Shown piece by piece: positions 55,733 to 64,000 of a stretch of DNA of 64,000 nucleotides; within the stretch, counting starts at the first letter, position 1, and each line of letters starts with the position of its first letter. The notes beneath the pieces were generated by a model. It saw only the letters and a program-made list of their open reading frames with translations. It was not told where the DNA came from and did no database searches. Location of the stretch: positions 1 through 64,000 of the forward strand of contig CAVQSP010000020.1 of assembly GCA_963715985.1 (NCBI GenBank), written 5' to 3'. The stretch comes from an uncultured Thermoleophilia bacterium. GTDB lineage: Bacteria > Actinomycetota > Thermoleophilia > UBA2241. The position numbers and the translations under genes were made by a program.

Positions 55733-56290
55733 TCAGACCTCGAGGATCTCCGCTTCCTTGTGCTTCAGGATCTCGTCGATCTCGTGGACGTGGTCGTCCG
55801 TGTACTTCTGCAGCTCTTTCTCGGCGCGCGCCTCGGCGTCCTCACCGACCTCGCCGTCGTGGACGAGCTCCTTGAGATCCTTCATGCAGTCGCGGCGGAC
55901 GTTGCGCACCGCCACCCTGCCGTCTTCGGCGAGGCGGTGCACCAGCTTCACAAGGTCGCGGCGGCGCTCCTCGGTGAGCGTGGGGATCGGCAGGCGGATC
56001 ACGGTGCCGTCGCTGCTGGGGTTGAGCCCCAGGTCCGACTCCATGATGGCCTTCTCGATGCTCCTCATGGCGGTCTTGTCGAACGGCTGCACGGTGAGCA
56101 GGCGTGCCTCGGGTGCGGCGATGTTGGCCATCTGCTTGAGCGGCGTGGAGGTGCCGTAGTAGTCCACGTGGATGCGGTCCAGCAGACCGATGCTGGCACG
56201 GCCGCTGCGCACCGTATTGAACTCGGTGCGGACGGCCTCCACCGCCTTGTCCATGCGATGTCTGGCGTCGGCGAGCAGCTCTTTCTCCAC
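55733..56290 (-). CDS. frr: Ribosome recycling factor
   Basis: RSGRAS, LTEERRRDLVK, VRNVRRD. Confidence 0.97.
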   Translation of the reverse strand: MEKELLADARHRMDKAVEAVRTEFNTVRSGRASIGLLDRIHVDYYGTSTPLKQMANIAAPEARLLTVQPFDKTAMRSIEKAIMESDLGLNPSSDGTVIRLPIPTLTEERRRDLVKLVHRLAEDGRVAVRNVRRDCMKDLKELVHDGEVGEDAEARAEKELQKYTDDHVHEIDEILKHKEAEILEV

Positions 56291-56312
56291 GTGGTCCTCC
56301 CTTTTCCCGAGG

Positions 56313-57050
56313 TCAGCGTGCGGCGGGTGTGTGCACTACCGTACCCACGCGCTCACCGCCCAGCACGCGGACGATATTGTCGCCGGTCATCTTGAACACG
56401 TGGATGGGCATGAGATTGTCCATGCACAGGCTGAGCGCGGTGGTGTCCATGACGCCCAGACCACGCTCGATGGCCTCCATGTGCGTGAGCTCGGGGATGA
56501 ACTCGGCCGACGGGTCCTGCTCCGGGTCGGCGCTGTACACGCCGTCGTAGCGCCGCTTGGCCATGAGGATCGCTTCGGTCTCGAGTTCCAGCGAGCGCAG
56601 GGCGGCCGCGGAGTCGGTGGTGAAGTAGGGGTTGCCCGTGCCGGCGGCGCAGATGACCACGCGCCCCTTCTCGAGGTGACGGATGGCACGGCGGCGGAGG
56701 TAGGGCTCGCAGACGGCGCGGATCTCGAGGGCGCTCATGACGCGCGTGTCCACGCCCTCGTCCTCCAGGGCGTCCTGCAGCGCCAGCGCGTTCTGCACGG
56801 TGGCCAGCATGCCGATGTAGTCGCCCGTGGCCCTGTCCATGCCACCGGCGGCGGCGGCCATGCCGCGGAAGATGTTGCCGCCGCCCACCACGATGGCGAT
56901 GTCCACCTCGAGGGCGCGGGCGGTCTTGATGGATCCGGCCAGGCGCCGGGTGGTCGCGGGATCGATGGCCCGCGACTCACTGCCCAGCGCCTGGCCGCTC
57001 AGCTTGAGAAGAACGCGATGGAAGGCGCTGCTCGAAGGACCGCCTTCCAT
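56313..57050 (-). CDS. pyrH: UMP kinase
   Basis: LLKLSG, GGGNIFRG, GNPYFTTD. Confidence 0.97.
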   Translation of the reverse strand: MEGGPSSSAFHRVLLKLSGQALGSESRAIDPATTRRLAGSIKTARALEVDIAIVVGGGNIFRGMAAAAGGMDRATGDYIGMLATVQNALALQDALEDEGVDTRVMSALEIRAVCEPYLRRRAIRHLEKGRVVICAAGTGNPYFTTDSAAALRSLELETEAILMAKRRYDGVYSADPEQDPSAEFIPELTHMEAIERGLGVMDTTALSLCMDNLMPIHVFKMTGDNIVRVLGGERVGTVVHTPAAR

Positions 57051-57056
57051 CGGCCG

Positions 57057-57668
57057 TCAGCCCGCGACCGTGGTCTCGCCGAGCTGGAAGCGCACGAAGC
57101 GTCGTACTTCCACGTTCTCGCCGATCACGCCGACGAGATCGGTGCGGACCTGCTCCATGGTGCGGTCCGGGTCCTTGACGAAGGCCTGCTCCATGAGACA
57201 GGTCTCGGCGAAGAACTTCTCCAGCTTGCCCGTGATGATCTTCTCGATCACGTTCTCCGGCTTGCCCTTGATCTGGTCGGACTCGGCGTAGATGGCCTTC
57301 TCGCGGACGACAACGTCCTCGGGCACCTCTTCGCGGTTCACCCAGATCGGGGAGGCGGCGGCCACCTGCATGGCGAGGTCATGCGTGAACTCGCGGAACG
57401 GCTCGCTGCGCGAGACGAAGTCGGTCTCCACACCCACCTCGACGAGCACGCCGATCTTGCCGCCGGCGTGGATGTACGCGTCCACGGCGCCGTCCTTGGT
57501 GGCGCGCGAGCTCTTCTTCTGGGCGCTGGCCAGACCCTGCTTGCGCAGCTCGTCCATCGCCTTCTCGAGGTCGCCGGCCGTCGCGGCCAGCGCCTTCTTG
57601 CAGTCCATCATCCCGGCCCCGCTCTTCTCGCGGAGCTCCTTTACCAGGGCAGCGGTGATCTCAGCCAC
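57057..57668 (-). CDS. tsf: Elongation factor Ts (short form)
   Basis: VKELREKSGAGMMDCKKAL, ETDFV. Confidence 0.97.
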   Translation of the reverse strand: MAEITAALVKELREKSGAGMMDCKKALAATAGDLEKAMDELRKQGLASAQKKSSRATKDGAVDAYIHAGGKIGVLVEVGVETDFVSRSEPFREFTHDLAMQVAAASPIWVNREEVPEDVVVREKAIYAESDQIKGKPENVIEKIITGKLEKFFAETCLMEQAFVKDPDRTMEQVRTDLVGVIGENVEVRRFVRFQLGETTVAG

Positions 57669-57710
57669 AGCGCGATCCTTTCGTAGGGTCGGCGTAAGTC
57701 TCTGGGTGTA

Positions 57711-58871
57711 CTACTCGGCCGGCTTCTCGTCGGCGGCCGGAGCGTCGGCCTTGGCCTCTTCGCCCTTGGCCTCGGCCTTCGGCCTTGGCCGGCTTCTCCG
57801 CGGCCTTGGCCTCGGCCTTGGGCTTCTCCGCCGGCTTCTCGGCGGCCTTGGGCTCGGCCTTCTTGGCGGCGGGCTTCTTGGCGGCAGGCTTCTCGGCGAC
57901 AGGCTTCTCGGCGCAGGCTTCTCGGCCTTGGCCTCGGCCTTGGCCTCCGCCTTCTCCTCGGCCGGCTTGGCGGCGGGCTTCTCGGCGGGCTTCACGTCGG
58001 CGACCTCGGCGACCGGCGAGGCGGAGGCCTTCTCCTCGCGGACCTCCTCGGCGGCCTTCTGCGCCTCGGCCTCCGCGGCTTCGGCGGCGGCCTTCTCGGC
58101 GGCGGCGACGGCCTCGGCCACTGCGGCCTCTTCGGCGGCCTTGCGTTCGGCCTCGGCCTTCATCTCGGCCTCGGTGAGCAGCTGGCGACCCTCTGCCACA
58201 GCGTCGGCCATGACGCGCACGATGAGGTTGCAGCTGCGGATGGCGTCGTCGTTGCCGGGGATGATGTAGTCGACCTCGTCGGGGTCGCAGTTGGTGTCCA
58301 CGAGAGCGATGATCGGGATCTTGAGCTTGCGGGCCTCTTTGACGACGATCGCTTCCTTGCGCGGGTCGACGACGAAGACGGCGGCGGGGACGCGGTCCAT
58401 GTTGGCCACGCCGCCGAGGTTCTGCTCGAGCTTGCGCAGGTCGCCGCGCAGCTGCATCTCCTCGCGGGTCGGGAGAAGGTCGAGCGACCCGTCCTCCGAG
58501 AGCTGGCGCAACTCGTGCATGCGCTTGATGCGCTTGCTGAGGGTGGTGAAGTTCGTGAGGAGGCCGCCGAGCCAGCGGTTGCACACGTAGGGCATGCCGA
58601 CGCGCTCGGCCTGCTCCTTGATGGTCTCCTGGCACTGCTTCTTGGTGCCCACGAAGAGCACGCCGCCGCCGCGCTCGGACGTCTTCTTGAGGAAGGCGTA
58701 GGCCTCGTCGATGAGGACCGTGGTCTTCTGCAGGTCGATGATGTAGATGCCGCCGCGCTCGCCGAAGATGAACTGCTTCATCTTGGGGTTCCAGCGGCGG
58801 GTCTGATGGCCGAAGTGGACGCCGCTGGTGAGCAGGTCCTTCATGCTGACGGTGTGTTCGGTCGCAGCCAA
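57711..58871 (-). CDS. rpsB: 30S ribosomal protein S2 with long Ala/Lys/Glu/Pro-rich C-terminal tail
   Basis: [34 protein letters not shown]; AAGGAGG RBS before TTG. Confidence 0.97.
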   Translation of the reverse strand: MAATEHTVSMKDLLTSGVHFGHQTRRWNPKMKQFIFGERGGIYIIDLQKTTVLIDEAYAFLKKTSERGGGVLFVGTKKQCQETIKEQAERVGMPYVCNRWLGGLLTNFTTLSKRIKRMHELRQLSEDGSLDLLPTREEMQLRGDLRKLEQNLGGVANMDRVPAAVFVVDPRKEAIVVKEARKLKIPIIALVDTNCDPDEVDYIIPGNDDAIRSCNLIVRVMADAVAEGRQLLTEAEMKAEAERKAAEEAAVAEAVAAAEKAAAEAAEAEAQKAAEEVREEKASASPVAEVADVKPAEKPAAKPAEEKAEAKAEAKAEKPAPRSLSPRSLPPRSPPPRRPSPRPPRSRRRSPRPRPRPRRSRPRPKAEAKGEEAKADAPAADEKPAE

Positions 58872-59070
58872 CGCTGCCTCCTTCTGAGACGGTTGTCCGG
58901 CGGCGAGCACCGGCGCGGGTGCGCCGGCGGCAGGCGCCGCCGATCTGTGTACCGGCGGACAGTCAGTGGAATCGGGACGGTGGGCGCCCGCGAGGCACCT
59001 GCCGCCCGACACCGCCACGGACCGGGGATCCGCCGGGTCGGGGTGGACACAACGGCGCAAGATGATACCA
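58872..59070 (-). promoter_or_regulatory. Probable rpsB extended -10 promoter (TGGTATCAT) and structured GC-rich 5' leader
   Basis: TGnTATCAT at 59070-59062 followed by GC-rich discriminator; ~190-nt leader, as expected for S2 autoregulation. Confidence 0.55.
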
Positions 59071-59183
59071 GAATCCGGCCTGCGCCTCCAGTGACCGGCG
59101 CTCCGGGGTCGCGGCACGCCACGCGTTCATGCTCGCGGGCGCCGCGCACGCTCGGCTCTGGCCCGGGCCGAGGCGACGCCGCG

Positions 59184-59976
59184 TCAGCCGATGGCGGCCG
59201 GCTCGATCTCGTCGCGCAAGCGGCCCTTGAGGCGCAGGATGGCCTTGGTGTGCAGCTGCGAGACGCGGGACTCGGTGACGCCGAGCACTTCGCCGATCTC
59301 CCGCAACGTGAGGTTCTCGTAGTAGTACAGCGCGATGACGATCTTCTCGCGCTTGGGCAGCGCGTCGATGGCCGACGCCAGCCGCGCCTTCATCTCCGAG
59401 AGATCGAGCATCCGCGAGGGGTCCCTGCTCTTGGGGTCCTCAAGGGTGTCGATGAGCGACGCCTGGTCGCCGTCCGAGCCCGAGATGGACCACAACTCGT
59501 CGAGTGCCACGATGCTGGTGTTGGCGATCTGCGTGAGCGAGTGCTGGAACTCCGGCACGGAGATGCTGAGCTCCTGCGCTATCTCCTCGTCCGTCGGGGC
59601 GCGCTGCAGGCGGTTCTCGAGGACGGCGCACACCTTCTCGATCTCACGCGCCTTGCTGCGCACCGAACGCGGCACCCAGTCCAGGGAGCGCAGCTCGTCG
59701 ATGATGGAGCCCTTGATGCGCGAGATGGCGTAGGTCTCGAACTTGATCTCGCGCGACGGATCGAACCGCTCCAGAGCGCCGATGAGGCCCGAGCAGTCCG
59801 TAACTGATGAGGTCCGACTCCTCGATGTGCGACGGCAGGCCGTTGCTCATGCGCCCGGCGACGTACTTGACGAGCGGGGAGTACGCCAGGATGAGGCGGT
59901 CACGCGCCGCCTTGTCTCCCTGATACTTGTACTTCTCCCAGAGTTCGCGCACTTTGTCCTCGTCGAGCCGTGCCAT
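59184..59976 (-). CDS. whiG: FliA/WhiG-family sigma factor, frameshifted near 59800
   Basis: LVKYVAGR, KFETYAISRIKG..IDELRSLDWVPRSVR, LGVTESRVSQLH. Confidence 0.9.
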
Positions 59977-60021
59977 GGTCTGTCCGCCGCCGCGAGTCGC
60001 CCTCAGGCGCTCAGGCGGCGC

Positions 60022-60969
60022 TCACGCCCGTGGATGATGGAGGTCGTAGACCCGCCGCAGATGCGCTCCGCTGACATGGGTGTACACCTGTGTCGTGGAC
60101 ACGGATGCGTGTCCAAGAAGCTCCTGAATCGCCCGTAGGTCGGCGCCCCTCTCAAGCATATGCGTGGCGTAGGCATGGCGCAGCATGTGCGGTGAGGCCG
60201 CGCCGATGCCCGCAAGTCGGCTGTATTTTACAACTATGCGGCGGATGTCCGAAGTCAGGAGCGGCCGGCCGGCGCGCGAGACGAGCAGATCGAGCTCCTC
60301 CCGGCGCCGCTCGCCGAGCAATTGCCGGCGGCCGCGCTCAGTGTAGCGGCGCACCGCGGCGGCCGCTTCCTCGCCCAGCGGCACCACCCGTGTCTTGGCC
60401 CCCTTGCCGTGCACGATGAGCTGCGCCTGCCCCGCCTTCACGTCGTCGAGCCGCAGCCCGACGGCCTCCTGGCTGCGCAGGCCACAGCCGTAGAGGAGCT
60501 CGAGGATCATGCGGTCGCGCAGGGCGAGCGGCTCCGTACCGTCCGCGGCCGCGAGCATCGCCTCGACCTCCCCCAGACTGAGGACGCGCGGCAGACGCCG
60601 GCGGCGGCGCGGCCCCGGCAGGAGCCTCGTGGGATCGGCGGGCAGTTCTCCGCGCTCGCTGAGAAAGCGGCACAGCCCGCGCAGGGTCGAGAGCTTGCGC
60701 GCGAGCGTGGCGGGCGCATAGCCGCGGCGCCCCAGGTCGGCCGAGAAGGCGCGCACCGTGCGCCGGTCGAGGGCCTGGACGGTCTGGCCGCGCTCCGTGA
60801 GCCACTCGAGCAACTGCTGCAGATCGGACGAGTAGGAGCGGCGAGTGGCTGCGCTCGCGCCCCTCACCTGCAGGTCGCGCAGGTACGCGACGCAGCACCC
60901 TCGGGGGTCCGCGACGGCGGTGACGTCTGTATGCGGTCGAGCGACGTGCGACTGCGGCGCAGCAGGCAA
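60022..60969 (-). CDS. xerC: Tyrosine recombinase XerC/XerD
   Basis: LYGCGLR, GKGAKTR, HMLRH, LLGH.S.STTQVY. Confidence 0.9.
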   Translation of the reverse strand: MPAAPQSHVARPHTDVTAVADPRGCCVAYLRDLQVRGASAATRRSYSSDLQQLLEWLTERGQTVQALDRRTVRAFSADLGRRGYAPATLARKLSTLRGLCRFLSERGELPADPTRLLPGPRRRRRLPRVLSLGEVEAMLAAADGTEPLALRDRMILELLYGCGLRSQEAVGLRLDDVKAGQAQLIVHGKGAKTRVVPLGEEAAAAVRRYTERGRRQLLGERRREELDLLVSRAGRPLLTSDIRRIVVKYSRLAGIGAASPHMLRHAYATHMLERGADLRAIQELLGHASVSTTQVYTHVSGAHLRRVYDLHHPRA

Positions 60970-61040
60970 TGGGCACCCCCCTGAGGCGCCCTACCTTTCA
61001 ACACCGCCGCCGGGCACTCCTGCAGCGCGTACCCGCTCAG

Positions 61041-62336
61041 TCACACTCTGCGCAGCCGGTATGCGCCCCCACCCGCAGGCGCGACGAGGCCTTCGATCTC
61101 CAGCTCGCTGAGGAGGGCCGCCGCGACCTGTACGCGCACGCCGCACTCCTCTGCGACCTGGTCGGCGGTGAGCGGCGTCCTCTCGAGGGCGCTCAGCACG
61201 CCGGTGAACCGGCCGCCGGCCACGAGCCGTGCGGGCTCGGCCGCCGCCGGACGAGCCACCTGTCCGTTCGCCGGCTGCACACTCTCGGGCTGCTCGCCGA
61301 TGAGCGCCGTGACCACGTCGTCGGCCGACTCGCAGAGGGTCGCGCCTTGCCTGAGGAACCCGTGGGGCGCCTGTGTGAGCTTCTTGCCCGCCTCGCCCGG
61401 CACTGCGAGCACCTCGCGACCGAGGTCGAGCGCGAAGTCGGCCGTGATGCGGGCGCCGCTGCGTCTGGCGCCCTCCACGACGACAACGGCCTGCGAGAGC
61501 GCCGCCATGACACGGTTGCGTGCCGGGAACCGCCACGCCCGTGCCGGCACGCCCCAACCGAACTCGGAGACGACGAGGCCATGGCGGAGCACCTCGCGGT
61601 GGAGCGCGGCGTTGCACGACGGGTAGGCCACGTCCGCGCCGCAGCCCATGACCGCGACGGTGGCGGGCCCTCCCGGCGGGCCGCCCGCGCGAAGGGCGGC
61701 GGCCTGCGCGGTGGCGTCGACGCCCATGGCGAGACCGCTGACGACCACGACGCCCTTCAGGGCCAGGTCCCGCCCGAGCATCGTCGCCATCTCGGCACCG
61801 TAGGGCGACGGCGCGCGCGTGCCCACGACCGCCACGGCAGGGACCTCGCCCAGCACGCCGAGCCGCCGGTACAGCTCGGCGTCGTCCGCGGTCGCGGCCG
61901 CGAACAGGCACAGCGGCGGGTCGGCGAGGTGGCGCAACGACGCTGGGTACGGCGCGTCGCACCACGTGACGAGCACGCGGCCCGGTCGCGCGTGCCCTGC
62001 CGCACAGGCTTGAGGGGCAGCCTCACGCACGGCGTCGTAGCGGCGCCGCTCGGAGGTGTGGTCCTGGGCCGCGGGGCCGCCGCTGCCTGCCCTCCCTGCC
62101 ACCGCAGGCCCGGCCGCTGCCGGCCGTGGGGGCGGCATCTTCAGGAAGGCCCTCAGCTCGGAGACCGGGCGGCCCAGCACGTCGTCCACTTCGCCGTACT
62201 CGCGCACCAGAAGCCCGACCAGTCCACCGCGCCACCAGGCCAGGGTGCCGAGCCACACGCAGACCTCCCGCCGCGACGGAACCGCAGCGAGACGACCGGC
62301 CGAGCGCCGGGGCTGAGTGCCCTGGTCAGCCTCCAC
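61041..62336 (-). CDS. dprA: DNA-processing protein DprA
   Basis: VVGTR, VSGLAMGVD, FPARNR, SGARITA. Confidence 0.93.
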   Translation of the reverse strand: MEADQGTQPRRSAGRLAAVPSRREVCVWLGTLAWWRGGLVGLLVREYGEVDDVLGRPVSELRAFLKMPPPRPAAAGPAVAGRAGSGGPAAQDHTSERRRYDAVREAAPQACAAGHARPGRVLVTWCDAPYPASLRHLADPPLCLFAAATADDAELYRRLGVLGEVPAVAVVGTRAPSPYGAEMATMLGRDLALKGVVVVSGLAMGVDATAQAAALRAGGPPGGPATVAVMGCGADVAYPSCNAALHREVLRHGLVVSEFGWGVPARAWRFPARNRVMAALSQAVVVVEGARRSGARITADFALDLGREVLAVPGEAGKKLTQAPHGFLRQGATLCESADDVVTALIGEQPESVQPANGQVARPAAAEPARLVAGGRFTGVLSALERTPLTADQVAEECGVRVQVAAALLSELEIEGLVAPAGGGAYRLRRV

Positions 62337-63861
62337 TCGCGTCCGTCGCCCTGTACGAGAGGCTCTCGCAGATGTGGTCGCTCGTGATGACCGGACTCGC
62401 CTCCAGGTCGGCGATCGTCTGCGCCACCTTGACCACGCGGTCGCAGGCCCTGGCGCTGAGGCGCAACCGTTCGTAGGCCCGGTCCAGCGAGAGGACGGCG
62501 CCGGGCTCCAGATCGCACCTGCGGCGGAGGTGGCGCGAGCTCATGTGCGCGTTGGCGTAGACGCCGGTGCCGGCCAGGCGCTGGAGCTGCCGGGCGCGCG
62601 CTTGCACCACTCGTTCGCGCACGGCAGCCGAGCCCTCCACCGGGTCGCCGCAGCGACGGTCACGGGGCGGCACTCTCGGCACCGCGACCCGCAGGTCGAT
62701 GCGATCCAGGAGCGGGCCGCTGAGGCGTGAGGCGTACTGCCGCATCCGGTGCGCGGGGCATGTGCACTCGCGCTCGCGATCGCCGCGGTAGCCGCACGGG
62801 CACGGGTTCATCGCCGCCACCAGCATGAGCCGCGCCGGATACGTGACCGAGACAAGCCGCCGGCTGATCGTGACCTCCCCATCCTCCAGCGGCTGGCGCA
62901 GGCCTTCGAGCGCCGAGAGCCTGAACTCCGGGAACTCGTCGAGAAACAGGACCCCGAGATGCGCGAGGCTGACCTCGCCGGGGCGCGGCGTGCCTCCGCC
63001 GCCGACCAGCCCGGGCGAGGAGATCGTGTGGTGCGGCGCCCGGAAGGGCCGTGCGGTGATAAGCGGCCGGTCCGGCGGCAGCAGACCGGCCACGCTGTAG
63101 ATGCGGGTGACGGCCACCGCCTCGTCGCGGGTGAGCGGAGGCATGATCGTGGGCAGACGGCGGGCCAGCATGGTCTTGCCCGCCCCGGGCGGCCCCGTGA
63201 GCAAGACGTTGTGCGCCCCGGCCACGGCCACCTCGAGGGCACGCTTGACGTGCGCCTGACCGATGATGTCGGCGAAGTCGGCGCCGCCGGGAGGTGCCGC
63301 ACCGAGCAGAGCAGAAGGATCGGCCGGCGGCGCCGGCGTGCCCCCGCCGGAGGCGAGCTGGGCTACGGCCTCCGCCAGTGTGTGCGCCGGGTACACCTCG
63401 AGGCCCGGCACGAGTGCCGCCTCGGCCGCGTTGGCCGCCGGGAGCAACAACCCGCGCACGCCGCGGCTGCGCAGGCTCTCGGCGATGGCGAGGGCGCCCG
63501 CCACGGGCCTCAGCGTGCCGTCCAGGCCCAGCTCGCCGACGGCGGCGATCGGGCCGCGGCCGTCACAGCCGTCCGCCGCTTGACCGGTGGCCACCAGGAA
63601 CGCGAGGGCGATCGGCAGGTCGAACGACGGGCCTTCCTTGCGCAAGTCGGCGGGCGCAAGGTTGACGGTGAGGCGCCGCGACGGGAACTCGAAGGACGAG
63701 TTCACGATGGCGGCGCGCACGCGCTCGCGGCTCTCCTGGACGGCGGCGTCCGGCAGCCCGACGATGCTGAAGGCCGGCGCCGCCGCCACGACGTCCGCCT
63801 CCACCTGCACAGGGTGACCCTCCAGCCCGCAGAGGGCCTCGCTGGCGACGCTGGCGAGCAC
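62326..63861 (-). CDS. comM: YifB/ComM Mg-chelatase-like AAA+ helicase
   Basis: NLAPADLRKEG, GPPGAGKT, FRAPHH, LFLDE, AMNPCPCG. Confidence 0.95.
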   Translation of the reverse strand: MLASVASEALCGLEGHPVQVEADVVAAAPAFSIVGLPDAAVQESRERVRAAIVNSSFEFPSRRLTVNLAPADLRKEGPSFDLPIALAFLVATGQAADGCDGRGPIAAVGELGLDGTLRPVAGALAIAESLRSRGVRGLLLPAANAAEAALVPGLEVYPAHTLAEAVAQLASGGGTPAPPADPSALLGAAPPGGADFADIIGQAHVKRALEVAVAGAHNVLLTGPPGAGKTMLARRLPTIMPPLTRDEAVAVTRIYSVAGLLPPDRPLITARPFRAPHHTISSPGLVGGGGTPRPGEVSLAHLGVLFLDEFPEFRLSALEGLRQPLEDGEVTISRRLVSVTYPARLMLVAAMNPCPCGYRGDRERECTCPAHRMRQYASRLSGPLLDRIDLRVAVPRVPPRDRRCGDPVEGSAAVRERVVQARARQLQRLAGTGVYANAHMSSRHLRRRCDLEPGAVLSLDRAYERLRLSARACDRVVKVAQTIADLEASPVITSDHICESLSYRATDASGG

Positions 63862-63865
63862 CTCC

Positions 63866-64000
63866 TCACCCGTTCCCCGAGAAGGCGCCGGGCAGGTGGC
63901 GCACGGTGGCCGGTACGGTCGTGGCATCGACGGCCACGATGTCGAAACGCACGTCCGCGACGCGTTCCAGCGCCCACGGCCGGGCCGCCAGCCACAACTC
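63866..64000 (-). CDS. yraN: YraN-family nuclease, C-terminal part (runs off the window)
   Basis: VRFDIVAV...HLPGAF; usual position upstream of comM. Confidence 0.75.
   Translation of the reverse strand, partial: ELWLAARPWALERVADVRFDIVAVDATTVPATVRHLPGAFSGNG

Noticed and set aside
60022-60969. Tyrosine recombinase as a phage or island integrase
   Set aside because: Size, motifs and position after dprA fit housekeeping XerC; no att site or cargo seen
1-64000. CRISPR array, tRNA or rRNA
   Set aside because: No regularly spaced repeats or recognisable structural RNA signatures seen by eye

Overview
The window looks like three unrelated DNA segments joined without spacers, with many single-base indels that read as long-read consensus error. 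Segment 1 (1 to ~41,123, GC-rich, Burkholderiales/betaproteobacterial-like by inference) is an exosortase-A/PEP-CTERM-type exopolysaccharide locus. It holds two MBOAT+SGNH acylation pairs, GT4s, two asparagine-synthase-like amidotransferases, an O-glycosylation ligase, a CapK-like AMP ligase, a QW-repeat (prenyltransferase/squalene-cyclase-like) protein, a formyltransferase, a GDP-heptose pathway (hddA-gmhA-hddC-gmhB) and a Wzx flippase. A gtrC/A/B-like cassette is broken by nested IS5, IS66 and group II intron pieces, and IS4 and IS5 copies are intact. The segment ends with two tandem secreted modular proteins that share a duplicated Ig-like tail where a PEP-CTERM signal would be expected. 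Segment 2 (~41,123-45,416, much lower GC, gammaproteobacterial/Methylococcales-like by inference) carries argJ, a CDF transporter, tusA, a tRNA thiolase-like gene and pilU. Segment 3 (~45,417-64,000, very GC-rich, deep-branching actinobacterium/Thermoleophilia-like by inference) carries yraN-comM-dprA-xerC-whiG-rpsB-tsf-pyrH-frr-uppS-cdsA, followed directly by a CDP-dideoxy/branched-sugar cluster with two GT-C-type membrane proteins. No rRNA, tRNA or CRISPR array was seen. Family assignments come from motif recognition and gene context, not from database searches.
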